The notes below the pieces were generated by a model that was not told the origin of the DNA, searched no databases, and saw nothing but the letters and a program-made list of their open reading frames with translations. DNA of 64,000 nucleotides, from NCBI GenBank assembly GCA_018971685.1, contig JAGXAG010000002.1:66276-130275 (forward strand), in the 5' to 3' direction. A program made the position numbers and the translations under genes. Each line of letters starts with the position of its first letter. The stretch's first letter is position 1. Below, piece after piece: positions 1-8,573 of this stretch. Source of the stretch: Patescibacteria group bacterium (lineage in GTDB: Bacteria > Patescibacteriota > Minisyncoccia > Phycocordibacterales > PALSA-1337).

Positions 1-78
1 CCGCCCCGGCGAAGTGTTTCCATCTTATCGCTTCGCTCGATGCGGGGAACACTTGTCGCCGGCTCGACGGTCGCCGCC
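1..78. repeat. Palindromic element (CTTCGCT-loop family) inserted in-frame in topA
   Basis: Hairpin CCGGCGA-AGTGTTTCC...GGAACACT-TG-TCGCCGG with TCGCTTCGCTCG apex; shares exact 12- and 15-mers with 48813-48900. Confidence 0.75.
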
Positions 79-389
79 CTGGCGACGTCTTTCTTTGTGA
101 GCAATTCCTTTAAATGCCAGGCAATGGCTTCACCTTCGCGGTCCGGGTCGGTGGCAAGTAATACTTCGTCGGCCTTGACGGCCTCTTTGCGGATCTCGTC
201 GATGACGGTTTGCTTCTTGGGCACGATCTCGTAACGGGGAATAAAGCCACCTTCGATGTCGACGGCTTTCTTGTTTGACTTGGGTAAGTCGCGCACATGT
301 CCGATAGAGGCGCGCACGACGAAATCGTGTCCGAGGTATTTCGAAATTGTTTTCGCCTTCGACGGCGATTCGACGACCAAAAGTTTCAT
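1..389 (-). CDS. topA: DNA topoisomerase I, N-terminal part (runs off window; not in ORF track)
   Basis: Manual translation from ATG at 389: MKLLVVESPSKAKTISKYLG...ASIGHVRDLP...LATDPDREGEAIAWHL, the TOPRIM motifs of type IA topoisomerase. Confidence 0.95.
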   Translation of the reverse strand, partial: MKLLVVESPSKAKTISKYLGHDFVVRASIGHVRDLPKSNKKAVDIEGGFIPRYEIVPKKQTVIDEIRKEAVKADEVLLATDPDREGEAIAWHLKELLTKKDVARAATVEPATSVPRIERSDKMETLRRG

Positions 390-450
390 TGCCACAGTAT
401 TGCACGAATGAATTGCCGAAGTCAAAAAAATCTGGTAAATTGACGATATT

Positions 451-523
451 CCGCCCATAGCTCAGCCGGTAGAGCACTCGCCTCTTAAGCGATTGGTCGT
501 TGGTTCAAATCCAACTGGGCGGA
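451..523 (+). tRNA. tRNA-Lys(CTT)
   Basis: Acceptor CCGCCCA/TGGGCGG, D-arm GCTCAG..GGTAGAGC, anticodon loop CTCTTAA, T-arm GGTTCAAATCC. Confidence 0.93.
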
Positions 524-532
524 CATGGGATG

Positions 533-642
533 AGTTTACAGTTTACAATGAAAAGTTATTAGTGGAATTAATAATTATTAATTGATAGTTAACTATAAGC
601 TTGTCACTTAAATTAATAACTTTTCATTGTAAACTGTAAACT
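533..642. repeat. Perfect 29-bp inverted repeat with palindromic AT-rich spacer
   Basis: 533-561 AGTTTACAGTTTACAATGAAAAGTTATTA is the exact reverse complement of 614-642. Confidence 0.9.
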
Positions 643-650
643 TGTAACAC

Positions 651-732
651 GCCGGGGTGGCGAAATTGGTAGACGCACTTGGCTTAGGACCAAGCGGAGT
701 GATCCATGGAGGTTCGAGTCCTCTCCCCGGCA
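651..732 (+). tRNA. tRNA-Leu(TAG)
   Basis: GCCGGGG/CCCCGGC acceptor, anticodon arm CTTGG-CTTAGGA-CCAAG, long variable arm, GGTTCGAGTCC. Confidence 0.95.
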
Positions 733-810
733 CAAAAGTGCAAAAAACGAAAAATTGCCCCTTTCCGGAGATTCCGAATTTTTCAGACTTTTGTAAGGTT
801 CGAACTTCGT

Positions 811-2112
811 TCAGGAATCGGCACCCAAAAAGATAGGATAGTCTTGTATCCTCGTTGTTTCTTTCGGCTTTACGCTGTGGAACCAATAGAAATACAGCGC
901 GGCATTCATAGCCATAAAGGCCGCGCTCGCAAAGAACGGCAATTCGAGTTCACCCATGCTTATCCAAATCCCGGAGATTGCAGGCGATACCGCCGAAGGG
1001 ATCCGTCTGGCCACGCCCGATATGCCTGCTGTCGTTCCGCGAAGGTCGGCATCGACGATTCCCATCGTGTACGCCTGTCTGACAGGCATAGCCCCCATCG
1101 CGCCGGCCATTCGGAGTATCACGAAAACCGCGGCAAGGCCGAAGCCGGGCATGACCGGAATGAGCGCGGTACAAATAACGCCGAACACTCGCGAGGCTGT
1201 GATGACTTTGATATCGCCGAAACGCCTTGCCATGTGCGCCATCCAAAGCGACGAGAATGACGCGAGCACCGAACTCGCGCCAATGACTGGTCCAATTATC
1301 ACCGGCGACACGCTGAATCGCAAATAAAGAAGATACGGGAGGATGCCCCCGACGAAGCCTATCCCAAAACCGTTGACCATTCCCGCTACAGAGATCTTCC
1401 AGATCATGTGGACACTCTCCTTTCTGCTCATCAATTTCTTTTCTGAATTATGGACGCCCGCCTTATGCCTGTCGACGGTCTCCTTGATCGGCCACAGAAG
1501 AAAAAATGTAACAATTCCCACAATAGTGACTCCGAAGAACAGCGGCCGGTAGGAAATTATGAGGGGCGAAGCGTAGACGCTCCGTATCATTTCCGGCAGG
1601 CCGGCAAGCAACGTGCCGAGCGCCATCGCGAATGTCCCGACCGCGCTGTTGATGCTGAATACCATGTTCCGGTTATCAAGCGTTGTTTTTTCGGAGAGGA
1701 GCGCCACCTCCGCCGGGGCGAATGGTCCCGCCTGGCCGCCCGCTCCTCCGCCGCGTCCGAGCCCGCCGAGCGCGCTCACGGCGATCAGAACGAATGGCAC
1801 CGAGGTGAAACTGAAGACAATCCCGGAAAGCGCGAGAAGCACGGAATAGGCGAGCAGGAACGGCTTTCTGCCGTACCGGTCGCTCGCGATACCGGTCGTA
1901 AGCGTAAGCAACGCGCTCACAGCACTGCCGATTCCGAGCGTGAGCCCGATGAGCCATGGCGAAAAGCCGATCTGCGCGAGATAGATGGCGAATACTACCA
2001 GAATATATCCCTGCACCAGACTCCGGAGTCCTCGAACAACGACCAAGCGCCGAAGGTCTTTTGTGGGAAGCAGCTCACGAAACCGGCCCATGAGGTTTTT
2101 CATGATTCGCAT
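811..2112 (-). CDS. MFS transporter
   Basis: About 12 hydrophobic segments; motif A-like GIASDRYGRK and second-half ARRFGDIK. Confidence 0.9.
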   Translation of the reverse strand: MRIMKNLMGRFRELLPTKDLRRLVVVRGLRSLVQGYILVVFAIYLAQIGFSPWLIGLTLGIGSAVSALLTLTTGIASDRYGRKPFLLAYSVLLALSGIVFSFTSVPFVLIAVSALGGLGRGGGAGGQAGPFAPAEVALLSEKTTLDNRNMVFSINSAVGTFAMALGTLLAGLPEMIRSVYASPLIISYRPLFFGVTIVGIVTFFLLWPIKETVDRHKAGVHNSEKKLMSRKESVHMIWKISVAGMVNGFGIGFVGGILPYLLYLRFSVSPVIIGPVIGASSVLASFSSLWMAHMARRFGDIKVITASRVFGVICTALIPVMPGFGLAAVFVILRMAGAMGAMPVRQAYTMGIVDADLRGTTAGISGVARRIPSAVSPAISGIWISMGELELPFFASAAFMAMNAALYFYWFHSVKPKETTRIQDYPIFLGADS

Positions 2113-2290
2113 GGATATTCCGACATTGGATTGATGATTATTATTTGCATATATCTGTCGACTGCTCTTTCTTAATTAATTAATTATACCAAAGAACGCG
2201 GGTTGACATACTTTTCTCTAAAGAATATGGAAACCATTAGCGCATAAGTACCATTTGTTGAATCGTCAATAAGCAAGGTACAATGACCGT

Positions 2291-2866
2291 GTGAAAATAG
2301 ACTCATCAGTCTTATTCCTAAAAGCATCACTCGAGAATTTTTGGACGATTGGTAGTGTGGTGCCAAGCTCGTCATATCTGGCAAAGAAGATGGCGATGCC
2401 CATAGCAAGCAAGCCGAAAATGGTCGTTGTTGAGCTCGGCGCCGGCACCGGCGCAGTGACGAGATGTTTGCTCAAAGTTTTGCCGAGTGACGCCAGATTG
2501 TTCTCTTTGGAATTGAATGCGACATTGGCTGACCGCTTGTCGAGAGATATCAGCGACAAGCGCCTAGAATTGATAGTCGAAAACGCTTGCAACCTGGAGA
2601 GTGTTCTAAAAGAAAGGGAAGTAAGCAAAGCTGATTACATAATTTCCGGATTGCCGCTCGGAAGCATTCAGGAAGATGGCAGGCAAGAAATATATCGAAA
2701 TATTCACGCCTGCCTCGAGCCCGGCGGCCTCTATATCCAGTTTCAATATTTTATGGCAAACTTTATCGAGATCAAGAAACATTTCAAGGTCTGCAAAGTC
2801 GCCTTCGAATGGCGCAACTTTCCGCCGGCGTTCATATACAGTTGCCGATTGCGCTCCGGACGATAA
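2291..2866 (+). CDS. Class I SAM-dependent methyltransferase (phospholipid N-methyltransferase PmtA-like)
   Basis: IGSVVPSS, VVELGAGTG, IISGLP, IQFQY and NFPPAF motifs. Confidence 0.8.
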   Translation: MKIDSSVLFLKASLENFWTIGSVVPSSSYLAKKMAMPIASKPKMVVVELGAGTGAVTRCLLKVLPSDARLFSLELNATLADRLSRDISDKRLELIVENACNLESVLKEREVSKADYIISGLPLGSIQEDGRQEIYRNIHACLEPGGLYIQFQYFMANFIEIKKHFKVCKVAFEWRNFPPAFIYSCRLRSGR

Positions 2867-2915
2867 AAATATAGAATCTGATAGGTCCTTGAATTGAAAC
2901 GCGAATTGAAAAAAC

Positions 2916-2989
2916 GGCCTAGTGGCGAAGTCGGTCAACGCGGCGGTCTGCAAAACCGCTATGCGCCGGTTCGATCCCGGCCTAGGCCT
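2916..2989 (+). tRNA. tRNA-Cys(GCA)
   Basis: GGCCTAG/CTAGGCC acceptor, anticodon loop CTGCAAA, GGTTCGATCCC. Confidence 0.93.
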
Positions 2990-2994
2990 CATTT

Positions 2995-3085
2995 GCCCGG
3001 GTGGCGGAATTGGTAGACGCCACAGACTTAAAATCTGTTGATCCTTTGTTGGGTCGTGCCGGTTCGATTCCGGCCCCGGGCACCA
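2995..3085 (+). tRNA. tRNA-Leu(TAA)
   Basis: GCCCGGG/CCCGGGC acceptor, ACAGA-CTTAAAA-TCTGT anticodon arm, long variable arm, encoded CCA. Confidence 0.95.
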
Positions 3086-3086
3086 T

Positions 3087-3122
3087 TGATCTGCACCTGA
3101 TCCGTACCCCGTTTAGTAGACA
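3087..3122 (+). mobile_element. Solo IS3-like terminal inverted-repeat sequence(s)
   Basis: TGATCTGCACC followed by TGATCCGTACCCCGTTTAGTAGACA, resembling IS3-family ends (TG...CCCC...AGACA); no partner end found nearby. Confidence 0.45.
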
Positions 3123-3130
3123 TTAGTAAA

Positions 3131-3591
3131 ATGGCACTTACTCAATCAGATAAAATTAAATATAACAAAGAAGATGTGATTAGTCACCATGGCGTAGCTG
3201 CGGTGATTAAAAACATAGCTGGTGAGGTCTTGATGCAAGAGCATGTCAAATATGGCTTTTGGACTATACCTGTCGGAAAGGTCAAGAATGATCAGAGTGT
3301 CCTTGAAGGATTAAGACAGGAGATTCTAGAGGAATGTAATTTACATATTAAGGAAGCTAAAGAATTGATCGTCAAAGATTATTATTACGAAAGGAATGGG
3401 AACAGAGTTAAGGTCACTAGTCATTTGTTTGAGATAAAAAATATGAGGGTGAGATGAAGAATCTCGAACCTGCCAAGCATAGACAGCAGATATTTATGTC
3501 TATCGATAGAATACGACAATTACCTTATCTATCTGATTTGACTTTGTTATATCTGCATCAGATCGGAATCGATAGACCAGCTAAGATTTAA
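3131..3591 (+). pseudogene. NUDIX hydrolase, frameshifted at A6 run 3436-3441
   Basis: Nudix box GKVKNDQSVLEGLRQEILEECNL; the -1 frame continues YEGEMKNLEPAKHRQQIFMSID...AKI* to TAA 3589-3591. Confidence 0.75.
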
Positions 3592-3655
3592 ATCGCGACA
3601 CGATTTTCATTCTCGCGAAACTTCACAAAACGGTTTGGGTTGGTACAATTTTGGT

Positions 3656-4501
3656 ATGAAGAAGCACGAGGACAAAGCCATAGCCATATTCGAGGGCAGC
3701 CAAATTCGCAGACATTGGGACGCGGACAAGGAGCTTTGGTATTTTTCGGTAGTAGATATAATAGCAGTGCTCACTGAGAGCGTTGACCCATTTGCTTATT
3801 GGAGAAAACTAAAGGAAAGGTTGTTCAAAGAGGGCGGAAACGAAACCGTGACAAAATGTCACGCTTTGAAAATGGTGGCTGCAGACGGAAAAATGAGGCT
3901 AACTGACGCCGCCGATACCGAAACCATGCTCCGTCTCATCCAATCGATTCCATCCCCAAACGCCGAACCGTTCAAACTTTGGCTGGCTCGCGTAGGTTAC
4001 GAGAGACTCGAAGAAACCGCTGATCCTGAATTAGCCATAAATCGCGCGCTGAAGACATATTTGCGCAAGGGTTACAGTCCGGAATGGGTTAATCAACGAT
4101 TGAAGAGCATAGAAATACGCAAGGCTCTGACCGATGAGTGGGAAAATAGGGGAATGAAGGAAGGTATTGAGTTTGCGATACTGACTGATGAAATCACCAA
4201 AGCCTGGTCGGGTCTTACCACAAGACAATATAAAAAACTGAAAGATCTGAAGAAAGAGAATCTTCGAGACAATATGACAAACATTGAATTAGTCCTGAAT
4301 ATGCTGGCAGAAACGGCGACTACGGAGATTTCCAAAAAGAAGGAGCCTAAAGATTTGGAAGAAAACAGGACGGTTGCCAGGGAGGGTGGCGGTATAGCCG
4401 GAAACGCCAGGAGACAAATAGAGGGAAAGACCGGTAAGAAAGCTATTTCTGATTATAATTTTAGAAAAGACCGGGAAAGGAAAAAGTTAAGGGGAAATTG
4501 A
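3656..4501 (+). CDS. Bro-N domain protein (phage antirepressor-like)
   Basis: FEGSQIRRHWD...WYFSVVDII, IQSIPSPNAEPFKLWLA, ENLRDNMT; leaderless TGGTACAAT upstream. Confidence 0.8.
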   Translation: MKKHEDKAIAIFEGSQIRRHWDADKELWYFSVVDIIAVLTESVDPFAYWRKLKERLFKEGGNETVTKCHALKMVAADGKMRLTDAADTETMLRLIQSIPSPNAEPFKLWLARVGYERLEETADPELAINRALKTYLRKGYSPEWVNQRLKSIEIRKALTDEWENRGMKEGIEFAILTDEITKAWSGLTTRQYKKLKDLKKENLRDNMTNIELVLNMLAETATTEISKKKEPKDLEENRTVAREGGGIAGNARRQIEGKTGKKAISDYNFRKDRERKKLRGN

Positions 4502-4804
4502 ATCCAGCCTCTGCCTATTTTTCTCCCCCTTATCAACCGCTACCTCGAAATATGGCACGCGCATCATGCGCGCATTGTCCATGACGAAATTCCGAAAATC
4601 AGTGAGTTGTCGGTGCATGAAGTCGAGCGCGGCCGCCTCTTGATCTTGCGGCAAAACAGTGAACATAATAACGGCAATCTTTCCACGACTTTTCAATACA
4701 ACATCGGTGATCGTGATCAAAGAGGTACGATTTGATTCTCGCGAAAAATATTCCGCCGCGAGCGTTTTTATCAATTCCTTTAGTTTCGATTCTTTGTAGT
4801 TCAT
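4487..4804 (-). CDS. rbfA: Ribosome-binding factor A
   Basis: LITITDV and MMRVPYFEVAVDKGE motifs; directly downstream of infB. Confidence 0.85.
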   Translation of the reverse strand: MNYKESKLKELIKTLAAEYFSRESNRTSLITITDVVLKSRGKIAVIMFTVLPQDQEAAALDFMHRQLTDFRNFVMDNARMMRVPYFEVAVDKGEKNRQRLDSISP

Positions 4805-4835
4805 TGTTATACCATTGATAACTAATCACTGTAAA

Positions 4836-6449
4836 CTACTTCTCCACCGTCCTTACCGCTTCTATCCTGTCTCCGACCGCAATTTCGACTTTTGCCTCAA
4901 CCATCACCCCGAATTCGTGTCCTTCGGCCACCTCGCTCGTTCTCAGTTTCTTTTCCTGGAGCTCGCGAATTTTGCCCCTGCCGATTTCCGCATCGCGGCG
5001 CATTATCCTGACCTCGTTGCCTGTCGAAATGATACCCGTTTCCACTTTGCCGCCCACGACTTGCCGGTCTTTCTCCTTGGAAAATATCGCCAGAATTTTG
5101 GCGCGGCCCGTCGATTCCTCAATGTATTCTTTCGGCACGCGCGCCAGTAGGGCGTTGCGCACGAATTCCGACAATTCGTATATGATCGAGAAATTTTTCA
5201 CTTGAATGGGGGAGCGCTCGATTATAGCCGCCGCTTTCTTGTCCGGTTCCGCGTTGAAGCCGACGATGACAATGTTTTCCGGATCGCCCAGCGCCGTCTT
5301 CGCGTCTTTTTCATTGATACCGCCGATACCCTCCGAAACAATTTTTATTTTCACTTTGTCATGCTCGATTTTGCCAAGCTCGAATTTCACGCCGTCCAAG
5401 CTACCGACAGTATCGGCTTTAAGGATTATAGGAAAATATATTATTTTGGGCGTTTCCGCCGCCTCGTCATCAGTAAAGGAATCCGAGGGACGCCTCGGAG
5501 GCCGCGAAGGCGGCCGAGAGCCAGCCGCGCCTAGAGCAGTCGGCGACGGCGTGTCCATCGGATCCTTTGCAGATGACGAGGCGGCGCTCCCCGTCAATCT
5601 CTCCGCATCCTTCTTGGATCCTACAGTTACGAATATATCACCGCAGGCCGGCACTTCATTCCAGCCTGTAATAACTACTGGCGTTGAAGCCGTCGCTTTC
5701 TCTATTTTATCACCCTTGAAATCCTCAATGAACCTGACCGGCGAATAAGCTGTGCCGGTCACCACGAATTTGCCGACTTCGAGCACGCCATCTTTCACTA
5801 TGAGCGTGGCGGAAATGCCTTTGCGCGGATCAAGCTCCGATTCGACAACCACACCCTCGGACGGTTTGTTCGGGTCGGCTTTCAGATCGGCCAATTCTGC
5901 AACCAGTATGACCATATCGAGAAGCTCTGAGACACCGGTTCCATTCAAGGCCGAAATGGCAACGCATGGTATATCGCCGCCCCAACCTTCGACATAGATC
6001 TCATTTTCGCCCAGGCTCTGCTTGGCGCGATTTATATCGGCATTCGGCTTATCAATTTTGTTTATTGCGACCACGAATGGAATGCCGGCCGATTTTATCT
6101 CCTTGTATGCTTCTATCGTCTGCGGCTTAACCCCGTCTTCCGCTGATACCACCAATATGGCGATATCGGCCGCTTTGGCGCCGCGTTCGCGGATACCGCA
6201 AAAGGCTTCGTGTCCGGGCGTGTCCAGAAATGTGACGGTATGCTTTTTTTCAGTGCCGGTATTATTGTCTTTGGAAATATGTTCAACCTGGTATGCTCCG
6301 ACATGCTGAGTGATGCCGCCCGCTTCGCCGGCCACAATGTTCGACTTCCTGATGTGGTCGAGCAGGGTTGACTTGCCATGGTCGATGTGACCCATGACGA
6401 CGACTATAGGAGGCCGCTTAACGCGGCCCTTTTCGTGATTATTGGACAT
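4836..6449 (-). CDS. infB: Translation initiation factor IF-2 (short form, with internal insertion)
   Basis: RPPIVVVMGHIDHGKSTLLD, GEAGGITQH, FLDTPGHEAF, NKID. Confidence 0.97.
   Translation of the reverse strand: MSNNHEKGRVKRPPIVVVMGHIDHGKSTLLDHIRKSNIVAGEAGGITQHVGAYQVEHISKDNNTGTEKKHTVTFLDTPGHEAFCGIRERGAKAADIAILVVSAEDGVKPQTIEAYKEIKSAGIPFVVAINKIDKPNADINRAKQSLGENEIYVEGWGGDIPCVAISALNGTGVSELLDMVILVAELADLKADPNKPSEGVVVESELDPRKGISATLIVKDGVLEVGKFVVTGTAYSPVRFIEDFKGDKIEKATASTPVVITGWNEVPACGDIFVTVGSKKDAERLTGSAASSSAKDPMDTPSPTALGAAGSRPPSRPPRRPSDSFTDDEAAETPKIIYFPIILKADTVGSLDGVKFELGKIEHDKVKIKIVSEGIGGINEKDAKTALGDPENIVIVGFNAEPDKKAAAIIERSPIQVKNFSIIYELSEFVRNALLARVPKEYIEESTGRAKILAIFSKEKDRQVVGGKVETGIISTGNEVRIMRRDAEIGRGKIRELQEKKLRTSEVAEGHEFGVMVEAKVEIAVGDRIEAVRTVEK
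5457..5586. repeat. 130-bp MITE-like palindrome inside infB
   Basis: Perfect 15-bp terminal IR CGCCGCCTCGTCATC/GATGACGAGGCGGCG, extending imperfectly to about 40 bp; inner GGCCGC-GAAG-GCGGCC hairpin. Confidence 0.85.
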
Positions 6450-6511
6450 TGTTACTACGATACCACGCGAGTAGGGTAGTTGACAAATAATGTGATCTAC
6501 AGCACCGTTTT

Positions 6512-6733
6512 TTATTTGAAATCGTTTTTGTTCATTCCTGATTGACGAATGATTGAAGCGAATGTGCCTTGCGGTACCTCTTTCCTGTCGGCCGGAATAA
6601 TAACGGTAGCTGATTCACCGCCAGGTTGCGAGATCTTGTGATATTTGATATGGCTGCCTCTTTGGGATACGAAAACAAAACCGTTGGCAGTCAAGACTTT
6701 GATTATATGTTTGGAAGAATATAGCCTAGGCAT
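6512..6733 (-). CDS. hicA: HicA-family toxin
   Basis: GFVFVSQRGSHIKY...VPQGTFASIIRQSG. Confidence 0.88.
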   Translation of the reverse strand: MPRLYSSKHIIKVLTANGFVFVSQRGSHIKYHKISQPGGESATVIIPADRKEVPQGTFASIIRQSGMNKNDFK

Positions 6734-6944
6734 AAACAACAGTGTTCGTCACAATGGTTGGACGAACGACTTTGCGTATGCTCATTTTCGGTATACCGTC
6801 CATGTAGAGCTCAATAGCTTCGATCAGGTTTTTTAACGCTTCTCGTTTAGTCTTACCAAAACTGGAAACATCCATATTTAAAGCTTGAGAGACATAATAT
6901 TTTCCTTCTTTCCAGACCAAATTTTTTAGAGATAGTTTTTTCAT
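6726..6944 (-). CDS. hicB: HicB-family antitoxin (short)
   Basis: VWKEGKYYVSQ...VSSFGKTKREALKNLIEAIELY; overlaps hicA. Confidence 0.88.
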   Translation of the reverse strand: MKKLSLKNLVWKEGKYYVSQALNMDVSSFGKTKREALKNLIEAIELYMDGIPKMSIRKVVRPTIVTNTVVYA

Positions 6945-7019
6945 GATTCAATCCATGACCCAATCATAGCGCGGTCTGGATTATTGTCAAGAATAGATTA
7001 TAATCAAGACAAGCAAATC

Positions 7020-8180
7020 ATGGAAACCGCGCTCATAATTCTGGTAATAATAGCGATTGCCGGCAACATACTTATGGCGATCGCCTTTTTCAAGGGCAAG
7101 AACGGCAGAAACAGCAATGGAGATGACGCCCGCGACGCCGGCGGATTAAAACTGATATTGGAGCAAGTCAATGAACTGTCGCGGACCGTCGACAGGAAAG
7201 TCGGCGACTTGAGCAAAACCGTCGATTCTAAAGTCAGCGACCTGACCAAAACCGTTGACACCAAAATCCACGAGACCAGCCGCACCGTGCAAGAGTCCAT
7301 GAGAACCCACTTGGCCGAATCTTCCAAGCTGGTCGGCGTAGTAAAGGAAATCACCCAAGGCCTGACCAAGCTCGAAGAGACCAACAAACAGGTCGTGTCG
7401 TTCGCCGATCAATTGCAGAATCTCCAAGACATACTCAAAAATCCCAAACAGCGCGGCATCTTGGGAGAATTTTATCTCGAGACTTTGCTAAAGAATGTCA
7501 TGCCGCCGGGCAGTTACGCCATGCAGTACGAATTGCCGGCCAAGAATGAAAACGGCGGCAAGGTTATCGCCGACGCGGCCGTATTCGTGAAAGACAAAAT
7601 CATTCCCATCGATTCCAAATTCTCGCTAGAAAATTACAATCGCCTGGTAGAGGAGAAGAATCCGGTCGAGCGCGACCGTCTCGAGAAGCTGTTCAAAGCC
7701 GACCTGAAGACCCGCATAGACGAAACTGCAAAATACATCCAGCCGGAAAACGGCACGATGGACTTCGCCTTCATGTTTATTCCGCACGAAGCCATATATT
7801 ACGACCTGCTGGTCGCTGAAGTCGGCGGCGCCAAGATAAACACGCGCGACCTGGTGGAGTACGCCTTCAAAGACAAAAGGGTGCTGATAGTATCGCCTAC
7901 TTCATTCCTGGCCTTTTTGCAGACAGTTTTGCAAGGCCTGAAGGCATTGCAGATCGAGGAAACCGCCAAGGATATAGTGAAAAGGGTCAATGAATTGGGC
8001 AAGCATCTGAAATCGTTCGAAGAATTTTACCAGAAGATGGGTACGCACTTGGGCACCGTAGTCAACCAGTACAATCTGGCCGGCAAGGAATTCAAGAAGA
8101 TAGATAAGGATGTAATGCGCATTACGGGCACTAGTCCGGAATTGGAAGCGCCACTTCTGGAGAAGCCCGATATTGCGTAA
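7020..8180 (+). CDS. rmuC: DNA recombination protein RmuC
   Basis: N-terminal TM plus coiled coil; KQRGILGE, IPIDSKF, DFAFMFIPHEAIY. Confidence 0.92.
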   Translation: METALIILVIIAIAGNILMAIAFFKGKNGRNSNGDDARDAGGLKLILEQVNELSRTVDRKVGDLSKTVDSKVSDLTKTVDTKIHETSRTVQESMRTHLAESSKLVGVVKEITQGLTKLEETNKQVVSFADQLQNLQDILKNPKQRGILGEFYLETLLKNVMPPGSYAMQYELPAKNENGGKVIADAAVFVKDKIIPIDSKFSLENYNRLVEEKNPVERDRLEKLFKADLKTRIDETAKYIQPENGTMDFAFMFIPHEAIYYDLLVAEVGGAKINTRDLVEYAFKDKRVLIVSPTSFLAFLQTVLQGLKALQIEETAKDIVKRVNELGKHLKSFEEFYQKMGTHLGTVVNQYNLAGKEFKKIDKDVMRITGTSPELEAPLLEKPDIA

Positions 8181-8209
8181 ACAGCAATTCCGTGTATAAT
8201 GATAAAACT

Positions 8210-8527
8210 ATGGAATTTGCCATAATTCAAACCGGCGGCAAGCAATATAATGTCTCCAGAGGGGACACTATTTCGATTGAAAAACTGCCGGGCGACTACA
8301 AAGAGGGCGATTCGATCGTCTTTGACAAGGTTTTATTGGTTGATGACGGCAAAGACGCCACTTTGGGCACTCCTTATATTCCAAAAGCGCAAGTAAAAGG
8401 CACCATCGTCAAAATTGGCCGCGCGGCGAAAATCATCGTCACACACTACAAGCAAAAGAGCAGATATTGGAAGAGGAACGGCCATCGACAGCATTTCTAC
8501 AAGATTAAAATCGACGCGTTGAAATAA
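8210..8527 (+). CDS. rplU: 50S ribosomal protein L21
   Basis: FAIIQTGGKQY, GHRQ. Confidence 0.95.
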   Translation: MEFAIIQTGGKQYNVSRGDTISIEKLPGDYKEGDSIVFDKVLLVDDGKDATLGTPYIPKAQVKGTIVKIGRAAKIIVTHYKQKSRYWKRNGHRQHFYKIKIDALK

Positions 8528-8573
8528 TGGTGGATGAAAAACTCCGCTCGAATCTGTATGTAGTTATGGTTTG

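Noticed and set aside
130-477. ORF-track proteins 130..477, 110..298 and 40..234
   Set aside because: The real gene is topA in another minus-strand frame (start 389), missed because it runs off the window edge.
2606-2992. 128-aa ORF starting MRPRPGSNRR, and similarly 61850..62134
   Set aside because: Antisense translations of tRNA genes and neighbouring CDS.
4836-6449. IF-2 lacking the long N-terminal domain as a truncation
   Set aside because: Short IF-2 is expected in reduced CPR genomes; the G domain starts intact.
7185-7270. Three ~33-bp direct repeats in rmuC (VDRKVGDLSKT/VDSKVSDLTKT/VDTK)
   Set aside because: In-frame coiled-coil repeats without spacers; not a CRISPR array or mobile repeat.
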